From: Podarcis liolepis
Taxonomy: Eukaryota
Length of the DNA stretch: 64,000 bases
Assembly: GCA_965112155.1 (NCBI GenBank)
Contig: OZ218102.1
Strand: one strand, 5' to 3'
Both the position numbers and the translations under genes were made by a program. The notes beneath the pieces were generated by a model, which was not told where the DNA came from, ran no database searches, and saw nothing but the letters and a program-made list of their open reading frames with translations. Below, one piece after another: positions 49,716 through 61,105 of the stretch. Positions within the stretch are counted from its first letter, which is position 1. Every line of letters begins with the position of its first letter.

Positions 49716-50604
49716 CAGTGCCGGATTTACGTATAAGCTAGACAAGATATAGCTTAGAGCCCCACTCTCTTGGGGGCCCCCAAAAAAATTAAAGGAAAGA
49801 AACCTGGATGTACATTTCCAAAATATAAGATAAAAAACAAATAAAATAAAGCCTACATACAGCAACAGTGTTTTGTGTTGTGTAGGCTCCTATGATGTAA
49901 GTAATGATGCAAGCCTGCTAGCCTGCTCCCTAAAATATCACTGGTTTGCTCATTTCTATATACAGGGTGCCTACATTCTGCATGGACTGTTATGTGCAAT
50001 TGGCTTTAAAAGGTAAAGGGACCCCTGACCATTAGGCCCAGTCGTGACCAACTCTGGGGTTGTGGCGCTCATCTCGCTTTATTGGCCGAGGGAGCCGGTG
50101 TACAGCTTTGGGTCATGTGGCCAGCATGACTAAGCCGCTTCTGGCGAACCAGAGCAGCGCACGGAAACGCCGTTTACCTTCCCAATGGAGCAGTACCTAC
50201 TTATCTACTTGCCTTTTTATCTACTTGCTTTGACATGCTTTCGAACTGCTAGGTGGGCAGGAGCAGGGACCGAGCAACAGGAGCTCACCCCGTCATGGGG
50301 ATTCAAACCGTCGACCTTCTGATCGGCAAGTCCTAGGCTCTGTGGTTTAACCCGCAGCGCCACCCATGTCCCTTTATATGCAGGCACCCTGTATATATTC
50401 TATATACAGGGTACCTACATTCTGCATGGACTGTTATGTGCAATTGGCTTTAGGTACCTATAATTAGGTCCATAAATTACCATATAGTATATATTCAACA
50501 CACAAAAACAGCAACAAATTGTTGTTGACAAAGGAGAGCTGGACATATAAAGGACCCATTACCTTCAATAGCTTAGGGCCTCATCAAACCTAAATCCAGC
50601 CCTG
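49716..50604. mobile_element. hAT-like non-autonomous DNA transposon
   Basis: TIR CAGTGCCGGATTTA / TAAATCCAGCCCTG; 8-bp flanks TGCACACA / TGCACAGG. Confidence 0.7.
50009..50372 (-). mobile_element. Sauria SINE nested in a hAT-like element
   Basis: Same family; flanked by a 55-bp duplication (49954-50008 / 50398-50452). Confidence 0.9.
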
Positions 50605-52639
50605 TGCACAGGAACCAATATCAAGGGAGAAAGTATGAGAGGACTAGCCTGAACCAACCTCCCATCCAAGGGAAACTAAGCTTTGAAGCAGGCTGCCTAT
50701 TGGATGCTTCCTTGTCACTGGGTTGCACTTTTTTGAGGGAGGTGAAGTGTATATTTATCCACCTTTCTAGGGATCAGCCTCCCATTACACAACAAGGGGG
50801 GGGGGGAGCCAGATTCCCCACCAGTAGCCTCCGGGAGTGCAATTAAACCCTTGGGGGAGGGAGGGAGGGACCCCCTTGAAGCAGTCATCAGCTCCTTCCT
50901 CCCTAACCCCCGAATGCTTCAGCTCTCCCAAACCACAAGGACTTTGGATGATGGAGCTGGCGCCAGCAGGTTCCCTAAAGAGTTCAGAAGTCAAGAACTT
51001 GAGGCAGGTAGGGCGGGTGCGGCGGGGGAAACCCGATCGCCTTCAGACAAGGCGCTGCAGGAAGGAAGGGAAGGGGAAGATCCTGCTGGCCAGAAGAGGG
51101 GGGATCAGGGCCCTTTCTCTTGGGAGGGGAAGGAACAACAGGATATAGCCTGTGAGAGGCGCGGGGAGGGAGAGAGCTACGTGCCAGCCTGTCTGGTTTG
51201 GCGCGAGGAGGTCGCGTTTTCGCATTGCTTCAAATAGAAACGAGTGGCACTTTTCTCAAGTAGAAGTTCAGCAGTCTCAGCTTTGAATGCTGGAATGGGC
51301 CTCTGGCAGGGCTCTTCTTCGGTTATTATGTCAGATACGTAGGGTTGCCATATTTCAAAGAGCAAAAAGGAGGACACGTTTGCCGACTTCTGCTTTTAGC
51401 TATGGATCGCTTTGACGACCCCACCCATGAAAAGGAGGACGCGTCCTGGAAAAAGAGTCCTGACTAATTCGAGGAGTTCCTAAGGATTAGCTCCAAGTAC
51501 AGAGGCATTCGGATGTTCGGTTTTCATTAATGAGAAAGTCCTCGAAGGTCTCTCTCATTCTCACACACGTGTTTGCTGACAATCCCGGGATAAACAAGGC
51601 TTGTGGCCCTGCGTGTGGATGACTGTGTGCCAGCGAGTAGAAATTGAATGGCTGTAAATGAATGCGAAATACAGATTTCTGTGCAAACAATAAAAAGAAG
51701 GCTTGGTTTGGGCCAGGCTTTACCCTCAAATTCTCGCAGCTTTTGAAAGCACCTGCCTTTCAGCATATACACCTGGCCCCTAAGAATTCAGCAGTGGACG
51801 CTTTTGCATTTGAGGTGTGCATGGGTGCGCGTGCCCACTCGTGTACATTTCCCCGTGTATTCCAACGGCTGTTGTTTTATTCCATTTCCTACTTTGAAAA
51901 ACACAGCTGGCCAAAATGCAGAACGTTCAAAGGCAAAGTAAAACGTGAGTGGAGGGTGGGAGTAGGGGAAAGAAAATAAAATTATTTTTAGATCCACGCC
52001 TGTTTTCTTACTCGTCGCCAGTGGAGAAATCTAGCCCTTGGGTGACTTGGAGTGGGAAAGGTCAGCAAGGAGCGGCTGCGGTTGTGGGGACGCTTCTTAT
52101 AAATTGGAAGTGACACGGAACGAAAACGTCCTCGCAAATATTTATTTGGCACTTGGGAAGCCCGGGCTGGGGTTTCCTCGGGATACTTGAGAGCGCTCAG
52201 AGGAGAGCTCCGGCTCCGCGCGAGAGGCGAGGCCACGTTTCCCAAGTGAGGGGCAGGGGAGGGTGTGTGCCTGAACAGATGCTCTTTTCCCAATAATATC
52301 GTCTCTCCATCACTTAGCATCGGGAAAGCAAGAGACCATCTGGTGAAGGCCTGTTATTCTATATAGCCTGGGGGACAAAATTTGGGGGTCCCGCAAGCAA
52401 CTGGGAATCGAAGCACTATTACAAACTGAAGAGTTTGGTTTATTTATTTATTTTCCTTTTTTTTAAAAAAAAGACCTGCACAGATCTACCAGGACAAATA
52501 ATTTCAATTTCCAGTATTTTCTAGTTCTTCCCAAATAGACGACACCATAATGGGTCGTGGGTCTTTTTTGAACATATTTGGAATTCCCTTTCAGCTTAAA
52601 AATAAAAATACAATTTTCTGCCTAGGCGGTTGAGTCAAA

Positions 52640-54090
52640 GTAAAGATCTGACTAACTGTAAATTTTTGATTTACTCCGCTTCTGCTATGACTAATCAGAG
52701 CTGTCAGTTAATTTAAAATTTAGTCACTGCATTAAAGTTGCTTTAAATCGGTGCAGTTAATACACCGAGAATATTTTGATAAAGAATACGGTGTGGAGAA
52801 GTGGAGAAACACACACACACCAAAGGATAAACAATTATAAAGGCTTTGTTTAAATGAAGAGACGGGTGGTGTTCGTTCTCTAAGATGCGCTCAGTAGGCT
52901 TTCGCGGAGCACGACTGGTACTTATTAAAATCTGATTTAGAGTCCACATTCTATAAGATCAACGTGTGACTCGATTACTCTAATGATTAATCGATTAATT
53001 CCATCAGACCCATTAACAACTCTGCAGTGGCAGTTTTTAAAAAAACAACAACTGTGCTTATCAATGTAATAGCAACACATCTCATCACCCAGCGAAGAAT
53101 TCGACCTGCCCTTTAAGGTCCATTGCCTACCACCTTTTAAACTCCTTTGATTCCTACGAATTAAGTTCAACGGGACCTAGCGTCCAAGGATGTTGCTTCA
53201 GAATCTGGATCATACATTATTACCTTTAGCTATTTATGTAACAGAACTACTAAACAGATCCATAAATGCAAATTCGAACGTATATATAAAATCCAGCCAT
53301 ATTTTTCCCCATTTCTTTCATTCTCCAACAGAAACACAAACGTTCCCTTTCCCACATTTGCCGATTGCGTCTCAGGATCTTCCAGCAAATAGATAATCGT
53401 AATAATAATTGGAGGCTGACAGCGCGATATAAACGTGACTCTTGGAACTAATTGTTGTTTCCGCTACCTGCTGTTAAGGGAGGAGGTGGGAGGAAGAGCT
53501 ATGGCTTTGCGTGTTCTGGCATTCTGCAGGCACTCGGAATTAATTCCTGTCTGCTGAGCTTCCCCAAACAAACCTCGCTCCAAGACGCGGCTCTGCCGTT
53601 AAGTTTGCGCGCCTGCGTAAGCGCGTTTCTGCGCGTCTATTTCTACCTCGACGCGCACGCCCCACCCCGAGAGTTGCATTTTGTGCCTGCGTGATAATGG
53701 CTCCCGGCTCTAAATAATCCCCCTGACCTGGTAGGCTAGCATTTCTTTTTAATTATTTACCTGTTAGTGGAAGTGCTACCGCTCCCCTCCCCATTATTAT
53801 TTTTTGCGTGCTAATGGTCCCTGTTCCTTTGGGCTGACAAGCCTTCTAAATCTGGCCAGCAGATCATTTCATTAAAGTTTAATGTCCGTCAATTGCCCGA
53901 CATAAAAAATATAGACTCGGATCCCATCTAAAATATTAATACTTTAATGCTTGCTGTTAAATAAGCCAGGCCCCCGAGCGCCCCAAATCAATTCGCCATA
54001 ATGCACTCCTCATTTGGCCACCGGCTCGGAGACATTTTTCTTGCGCTGTTATTAACTTCTGTCAATTGCTCACCCAATTAGTGCTCGCGA
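52640..54090. promoter_or_regulatory. Candidate conserved enhancer cluster upstream of TLX1
   Basis: Repeat-free, dense in TAAT/ATTA, TGACAG/CTGTCA and CATAAA motifs. Conservation not tested. Confidence 0.5.
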
Positions 54091-55380
54091 GAGGAGGAGG
54101 AGGAGAAGGCTTTGGAAAGAGAAAGCCTCTCTCGGTTCCTTTGAAAGCCAACACCGAAAGCGAGGAATGCTGTGAACTCTCCGGGCCGCAGGACTGGAAC
54201 AGGCTAGGAGGCACTGGCATCAATCTAAGGATGGATGGATGATGGATGGATAGGAGAGCCAGGAAAAGACTAGCTCCTGGATAGAGGTGCTGACTTTTGT
54301 TTTGTTCCAATCCCATGTCTTCATTAAAACACCCTAACAGTGCAATCCTGTCTGTTGAGTCCAAAGAGGTTTCCTCGCTTGGGAGCAGCTATAGGACTGG
54401 ACCTTAAGTCGTTATCTACAGCTGCTGCAGAATGAGAATGGTAGGGAGAGTCTAAGCGCAGGCGATTTGGGAACAGGGGGTGTGCTGTGGTAAGCGAGCA
54501 AGCCAGCCCTCCTCCTACTGTTTTTCATTCAGGGGGTTGTTTAAGAAGTGTGACTCCCCGACCCCCCATACTAAAATGGCACAGTGCGTTTTGGCACACC
54601 AGTGCGTTTTGACTACCTCCCCACCTCATTCTGCTAGATGTGTAGACCCGGAGGAAGCGAGGTGTAGAGAGAGAGAGCCGGTATCATCCTTGTCAAAAGC
54701 TTAGCCTGATCCTAAATACTGCTCTGAAGTAAATCACACTAAGTTCGACGTTGCTGTTTCCGAAGCCATTTCGAGCACTGGCCTGGTGAACAGATTCCAC
54801 TATGTTCAGTAAGTACCTTTAGAATGGCAGCCTCTAACTTCAGTCTGGATCCCTCCCCTCCTTTGCTGGGTCGACTCCTTGTGGGGCCTTGGACAAACCT
54901 CTACTTTTGCCGGGTTGCTGTAAATCCCTTGGCAAATTTGTAAGAGCTGCGGGAATGACACCCTGCGGGAGCAGGAAATATTAGCGAAATATTTGACCTT
55001 GAAAATGAATTGCGGAGAATTTAGGCTGGTCTGCGAGTTTATAGACCGGAAAGATGAACAATAAATCACTTTCGAGAAGCTCAAAGATAATTGCCACAAA
55101 GCTTTGTATCCAAAATTAAGAAACAAATATACAAACAAACAAACCCCTCTGCCTTAAATAAAGATGGTGATGGATTGTGAGACACTGGACCAAAATAATA
55201 ACAACAGCAACAAAGTTGAAATGTTCTGAAAATATTAGCGAATTGGAAGCACGGTTGTGGAACGACACGTGATGTGGTGGGTGACAAAAATGCTTTTTAT
55301 ATGCCAGTCGCTTATGCGATGGGTTGCTGGGATCTCCGTCTGCCACTTACTCTCTCGTTCTTGATCCTGAGAATATAAAC

Positions 55381-55406
55381 CTCTCTCTCTCTCCCCCCCC
55401 CTCCCG

Positions 55407-55444
<38 letters not shown>
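55381..55444. repeat. Compound (CT)n/(CA)n microsatellite
   Basis: Directly visible. Confidence 0.9.
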
Positions 55445-56629
55445 ATCCATCTCACCAACTGCGATCAGATGCGCTCTGATTTGGTATCGTGGAGCTAAAC
55501 CTTTCCTTTTTAGCTATTTTATCTTCCCAGGCATATATGCCTGTTGACACACCAATTTAGCAGACGTAACAGTCCGTTTCATTCAGCTTAAAAACAATCA
55601 TTTCAAACAGAAATACTTTAGCTTCTTGAAGCTGCCACAGAGTCTGGTCAATTTCAAACAGCCAAACGGACTCTAGAAGAAGACGGAGTGGGGGGGGGGG
55701 GAGCAAAGGAAACGCCACGTGTTGATTTACAGAGGTGAAGTTTCCGCCGATACCCCCCGTGACACAACCTCCATAGTGAACACATCTTTTAAATAAAGTG
55801 TAAGCAAATCTGAACAAATGGACAATTGACTCGAGTTGTCTTCTAAGCCCATGAAAATTGCTTGGCTGTGTTTTATATTATACAGAAGTTTATCCAGGCT
55901 ATTAATTTCGGGGGGGAAAGAGCTGCTAACTTGCTTCATTGTTCCGAAATGGATAATAGCTGTACTTATCCAATAATAAGGGTCACTTTCAAAGCACATT
56001 CTCAATAAAAAAGTTTGCATTTTTGTCACCATGGTTTTGGTTTAAAATTATGCTGATTTATGCCTTTGACTTTCACGAGAAATCGGCTTACATCTAATAA
56101 AATGATTGCACTGAGGTCTTTGTTAAATGGTTTGAGCGAAATAGGAAAGAAATGGTTGCATGTGTGTTTATACAGGCTACAGCCCTTGTGCACTTTCCTG
56201 AGAACAAACCCCTGTTTAAACACAATTGGATGTACGTCGGGTGACGAATACAGTTTGGTCCCAAATTAATTTCAGTTCAACTATAACTGAATCAAATTGA
56301 GTAGTAAGCGAATCCCTTGAGTCCAGATAAAAACCTGCTCTCTCCGTCTGCTCTCATTGGAGAGATGGGAGGGGAAGAGAGGAAGTTCCACTTGAGAACT
56401 GGAGCAAACAAGGTTCCATCTATGGCAGAGTTGACCAAGTTAACAGCAGGACTAAGAACGGAATCTGCATTCTTTGGGAATGTTTTCAAACGGGCTGTGC
56501 TGCCTTGCGTACTTGTAGCGAGGTGTATGTGTGCGCAAATAATAATGGCAGTAGCAAAAGCAAATGTTGAAGTGGTGTAGTCACATAAACATCACTGGGT
56601 GGCATTCAGCTTCCTTGAATAATAAGAAA

Positions 56630-56760
56630 GTGAGAAGAGCCCTGCAGGATCAGACCAAAGACTCATCTAGTCCAGCATCCTGTTCTCACAGTGGCCAACC
56701 CGATGCTTATTCTGGGATGGCCGCAAGCAGGACCTGAGGGCAACAGAACTCTCCTCTATG
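56630..56760 (-). mobile_element. CR1-type 3' fragment (related relics ~24565-24690, 38260-38360, 43645-43735, 22935-23130, 5100-5260)
   Basis: Recurrent AGAAGAGCCCTGC-GGATCAGACCAAAG-CATCTAGTCCAGCATCCTG motif. Confidence 0.55.
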
Positions 56761-57524
56761 TGCCTTTCAAATATTTGGGTTTCAAATTGCGCCGACGTGA
56801 CATTGACTACCCTGAGACTTAAATCCCCCTGAAACCAATAAAATAAATTTAATTCGAGATGATTGTAAGATTAGTGTCTTTGTTCTCTAACTCTCAGTCA
56901 ATGAGGTTTTGGTTCAAGTCCCACCCACCCCTTCCTCTGTTATTTTCTTTTGTTCGTTTCAGATTGTAAGCCCCTCGGGGCAAGGGACCTGTCTAACCTG
57001 TTTTTCTAAAGCGCCATGTCCATAGATGGCGCTATATTAAGAATAACAACATTAGCCTGATCCTGCTTGGGAAGAACTGGCCCGTCCATCGGTAGCCGCA
57101 GCAATTAGTAAATGTCGAAAACTTTCTGGCTTATAAATTTAGAAAATATGCAAACCATTTCCTCTGTGAAAGTAATTCTAAACTGATGTGAAAGGGGAGG
57201 GCTGCAATCTGAGGCAATAAGAAGGGAAACAAGGGGGAACGGAGATGATTCTAGGTCCTGGGAAATGGGGCTCCCAATTTCACTCAGCTCTGAAGGGACC
57301 CAGCAAAGCACAGAAACAGGTGTAGTGGAATCATCTGGAATCAGGAAAAGCTCTATAAGCAAGTGTCCCCCCCCCCTTCACCAGCGTAGGAAAATGTGAT
57401 ATTTCCTCTAATATATGTATCCTATTCAGCATGAATAAATCCGCGCTGGTTTTGAAAATGTCTGGGAAACTCCCCTCCCTTCTAAAACAGTATTTCATGG
57501 ACACAATCCCTCGAATGGATGGTC

Positions 57525-57735
57525 AGTGTGGTTTAGTGGTTAGAGTGCTGGACGGGGCCACGGGAGCTCAAATCCCCACGTAGCCCAGAGTAACCTTGGG
57601 CCCAGCACTACCTCTCAGCCTAACCTACCTTCCAGGGTTATTGTTGTGAGGATGAAAACAGAGAGAAAGAAAACCATGTGTGCCACCTTGAGCTGCTTGG
57701 GGGAAAGGTGGGGTATAAATGTAATTAATTAATTA
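57525..57735 (+). mobile_element. Old tRNA-derived CORE/MIR-like SINE (related relics ~20906-21040 +, 34340-34965 -, 30590-30700 -)
   Basis: GTGGTTTAGTGGTTAGAGTG head, CTCAGCCTAACCTACCT body, AT-rich tail. Confidence 0.6.
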
Positions 57736-59899
57736 AGTCCTGCGCTTTCTGACCTGACCTGGAAGCAAGCGCCCTTGCCCTCAGTGAGACAGCGCCTGGA
57801 TCAATGTGGATAAAATTGGGGTTCACACGCAAGAGACTCGTTTCGTTAGTTCTGAAATCGTCAGTGCTGCTCAAAACAATCTTCCGTAGAAATATTGGGG
57901 TATTGGGGGTGGGGCTTTTTTATAGGAAAGTTCAAAAGTGCCATTCTCAACCCTTTCCTGTGGTTTTCATTAGCAGCAGCAGCAGAACTAGCAAAAAGTT
58001 TTCCATCACAGCTGCGTAGACGCGATCCTGAACTTTAACGAGTCTCCTTCTTTGCTAGGGGTTGCTATTGTATCTGTAAACGCGGTTTAAAAATGAAATG
58101 ATAGCTCCAGTCCTCTACACACTTGAACTCAATGGGACTTAATTCTGCGTAGACGTGCATAGGGCTGCTCCATAAACTTCTTAAAAGTTTGTGTTGTTGG
58201 CGCATTCCTTTTAGAGGACGCAAACTGCTTGGTGGAAGCGGGGATTGAACTGGGGGGGGGGGCGACATATAGAATCCAGAGGAATGATAATTGTCACGTC
58301 ATTACCTTACCGGTTTTCAGAAGCTCAATACGAGAGCTACTTTTTGAGTCATTATTGTACAGTGGGGAACGCTGGAAGATTTGGGTTGGGGTTGAAGTCC
58401 TGTCTCTATATCCACCTTGGCCCGTGGAGGGAATGGGAAGGTGGAGCACATAACATAGTATCCAACTAAATTTTACCCACTGAAATTAATGAGCACGACT
58501 CATTATTTAAGTGGGTCTATTTAATGGACTTGCCACCCCACGACTATAACCTCTAAGGTTTAGCGGATTCGACTTTCTTAGTTCTGAGATCTTCGTGGTC
58601 CAACCTGAGTTAACGCTACGGGGGTTACCCTGCCTTTCCTACCAAAGCTCCAGGGACCCCAGCTCCTTGAGATCTCAATCACAAGCCTATCTTATTAAGA
58701 AGATTGTCGTATTAATAGACTAGGGGGGGGGGGATGCTTCGGTTTAGGCCCAGGTAGGACAACCTCGAGAACTGAAGTAGGTCTTGCAGAATTATGAGGG
58801 CACAGTGGAAAGATGGGTAGTTGAGGGCATTCCTTGAAGCTGCGGTTCCATGAGGCTGGTAGAAGCCGGAGTGGCCTTGTCTCGAGGGAACCCTAAGACG
58901 GAGTTCAGCTGGCTCGGAATCCACTTGTTCGACGCACGGACGGTCTGGACTCCTTAAATTTTCTGCGCCTGCCTGCCCACATGGACAGACCAAACCTTGC
59001 ACTGGAAACTGAGTCAGCAGCCAGAGCAGTTCAGGCCACACTCTGAAATACATTATGCGGGTATAAGTCTTGTTGAAGCACCTTACTTCTGAATTTTGAA
59101 AAACAGCTTCTAAAAAATTGCCCTTGGGACTGTTGAGCTGAAGGGAAAGAAATCCTGCGTGGTCGCTGGTGTCCACTCTTCACCAGCTCCATTGGCCAGA
59201 GTTAGACTCCAACAACACCTGGAGAGCCACATGCTCCCTATCCCTGGCATAAAGTGGGTGGGGTGTGTATGTCACTTGTGCATATCAGATGATAGTTCAG
59301 AGATTATATAATTTCAGAAGTTGGTACCTGAGTTCCCCTTCCCTCCCCAGTTGTCCATTACATTTTGGTGTGAAGATCTGATGAACTCCAATATGTTCAT
59401 TTTTCTTCTTCCAGCTGATCATGAACAAAAAAAATATGTATACAAAAAGCAGTAGCTGGGCTCTCAGTTTTGTGGTTTTTAAGAGGTATGGAAGCGAAAT
59501 TAAAATGAAAGACTCAGGCCTTTAAAAAACTAAACCCAAACCCACTAAATCATAGTCAGAGTAGACCCTACTCTAAACGGTCTTTAGTTCATTTATTTTA
59601 ATGGGTCTGCTGTGAGGACGACTAACAGTTTCACGCATTGTGTGGAGAAGTATGAATGGCCTTGGAGGACATGTTCCGCTTAGGTGGGGTGTGTGTAGCA
59701 TGAACCTGGGGATCGGGACCACGAAGTGGCCCATTGGAAAGCCGTCGCCGACCCATCAACTTGACCCTCAATGCTTCATCTTCATCTCGTCCTCCGTCTT
59801 GCCCGCTAATTACATTAGCCCAGGCAAGTCCATGAACTGTGCGCAACTTAGCAGACTCGGGTGCCCAGCCTCTGCGTGGTGGGCCTGCAGTTGACGAGG

Positions 59900-60585
59900 A
59901 TCTCAAGAAGAAGGAAAGGGCCTCTTCCTTTCCTTTCCCCTCCGCGGCTTTTAACATTCCCTGTCCCGCCACCGGCTGGGTCTGGGACGCACGCGGTGCT
60001 AAAAAATAACGGGGCGCAGAATTGCGGCCGCGCGGATAATACGCTGACTCAGGCGGGAGGTTGCGCGGGTGCTTCGCTGTCTCCCCAAGCGCCAGCGCTC
60101 TGACTCTGCTGCGCAGACGAATGGTCTTGCTAGGGTCCATGGGTGCCTGGCGGGGCTCCCCGCTTGGGTTTGGCTGGGAAAGAAACTCCTTTTCTTCTCC
60201 CTCCCTCCCTCCCTCTTTCTCCTCGGCTGTCATTCATCCAGCTTCTCCGTGCTCCAGCCAATGGCGGAGCAGGGCCTAGCAGCACCAGGCTTTTGGCTAA
60301 CATGATTGATGCCCTCGCAGCTAGGCGAGAGAGGGAGCCCACGGGCGCGCACATCCCCCCACACCCTCCCCCTCCCCCTTCCCCCAGCTTTTCCTTCCTC
60401 CGCTTCCATCCTCCTTTTTTTTACCTCTTTGGGATCAAGTGAAGCGCGACCAGGAAAGCTGCGCGTATTTTGAAAAAACCTCTCGCCTGGAAGAAGAAGA
60501 AGGGAGGAGGAGGTGGAGGTGGTGGTGGAGGTGGTGGAGGGGGGAGGGTAAAAGTCGCCCTCTTTGGGGTGGCTGTGGGCCCAGC
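59900..60585 (+). promoter_or_regulatory. TLX1: TLX1 CpG-island promoter / 5'UTR
   Basis: CpG-dense. Has a CCAAT box (~60258), MEIS/PREP site CTGTCA (60227-60232), PBX consensus TGATTGAT (60303-60310), and pyrimidine/purine tracts immediately upstream of the ATG. Confidence 0.75.
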
Positions 60586-61105
60586 ATGGATCACTTAGGG
60601 GCGCACCACCTCCACCAGAGCCACGCCGAGCCCATCAGCTTCGGCATCGACCAGATCCTCAACAACCCGGACCAAGGCAGCTGCATGATCTCCAACGCGC
60701 GCCTGCAGGACGTGGCGGACTACGGCCTGGGAGGATGCGTGGTGAGCAGCGCGTACAACCCCATGGCCGGCCACTACGGCTCGGCCACCGGCGGCGGAGG
60801 CGGCGGCGGAGGAGCAGGAGGAGGAGGGTCGTCCTCCGCCGGAGGTTACAGCAACGGCGGGGCTTGCAGCATGGCTTCTCTGGCGGGGTCTTACAACATG
60901 AACCTGGGGGTCGGGACCATGAACGGAAATAACCTCAACGCGGCCGGGGGCGTGATCCGGGTTCCGGCGCACAGACCCCTGACCGGAGGCGTCCACCAGC
61001 CTCTCTCCACGGCCGTGCCCACCGTCCCGTCCGTGAACAATCTCACGGGGCTGACTTTCCCCTGGATGGAGAGCAACAGGCGCTACACCAAGGACAGGTT
61101 CACAG
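60586..61105 (+). CDS. TLX1: T-cell leukemia homeobox 1 (HOX11), coding exon 1 (partial CDS; homeodomain exons beyond window)
   Basis: ATG in strong Kozak context (ccagcATGG). Translation MDHLGAHHLHQSHAEPISFGIDQILNNPDQG...GVIRVPAHRPL...NNLTGLTFPWMESNRRYTKDRFT matches the TLX1 N-terminus as recalled. Contains the eh1 motif FGIDQIL (60640-60660), a Gly-rich tract and the PBX-interaction motif FPWM (61057-61068). Ends at a phase-1 donor ACAG|GTGAGT. Confidence 0.96.

Noticed and set aside
59631-60233. 200-aa antisense ORF upstream of TLX1 (TLX1NB-like position)
   Set aside because: Low-complexity product of GC-rich promoter DNA; no recognisable domain.
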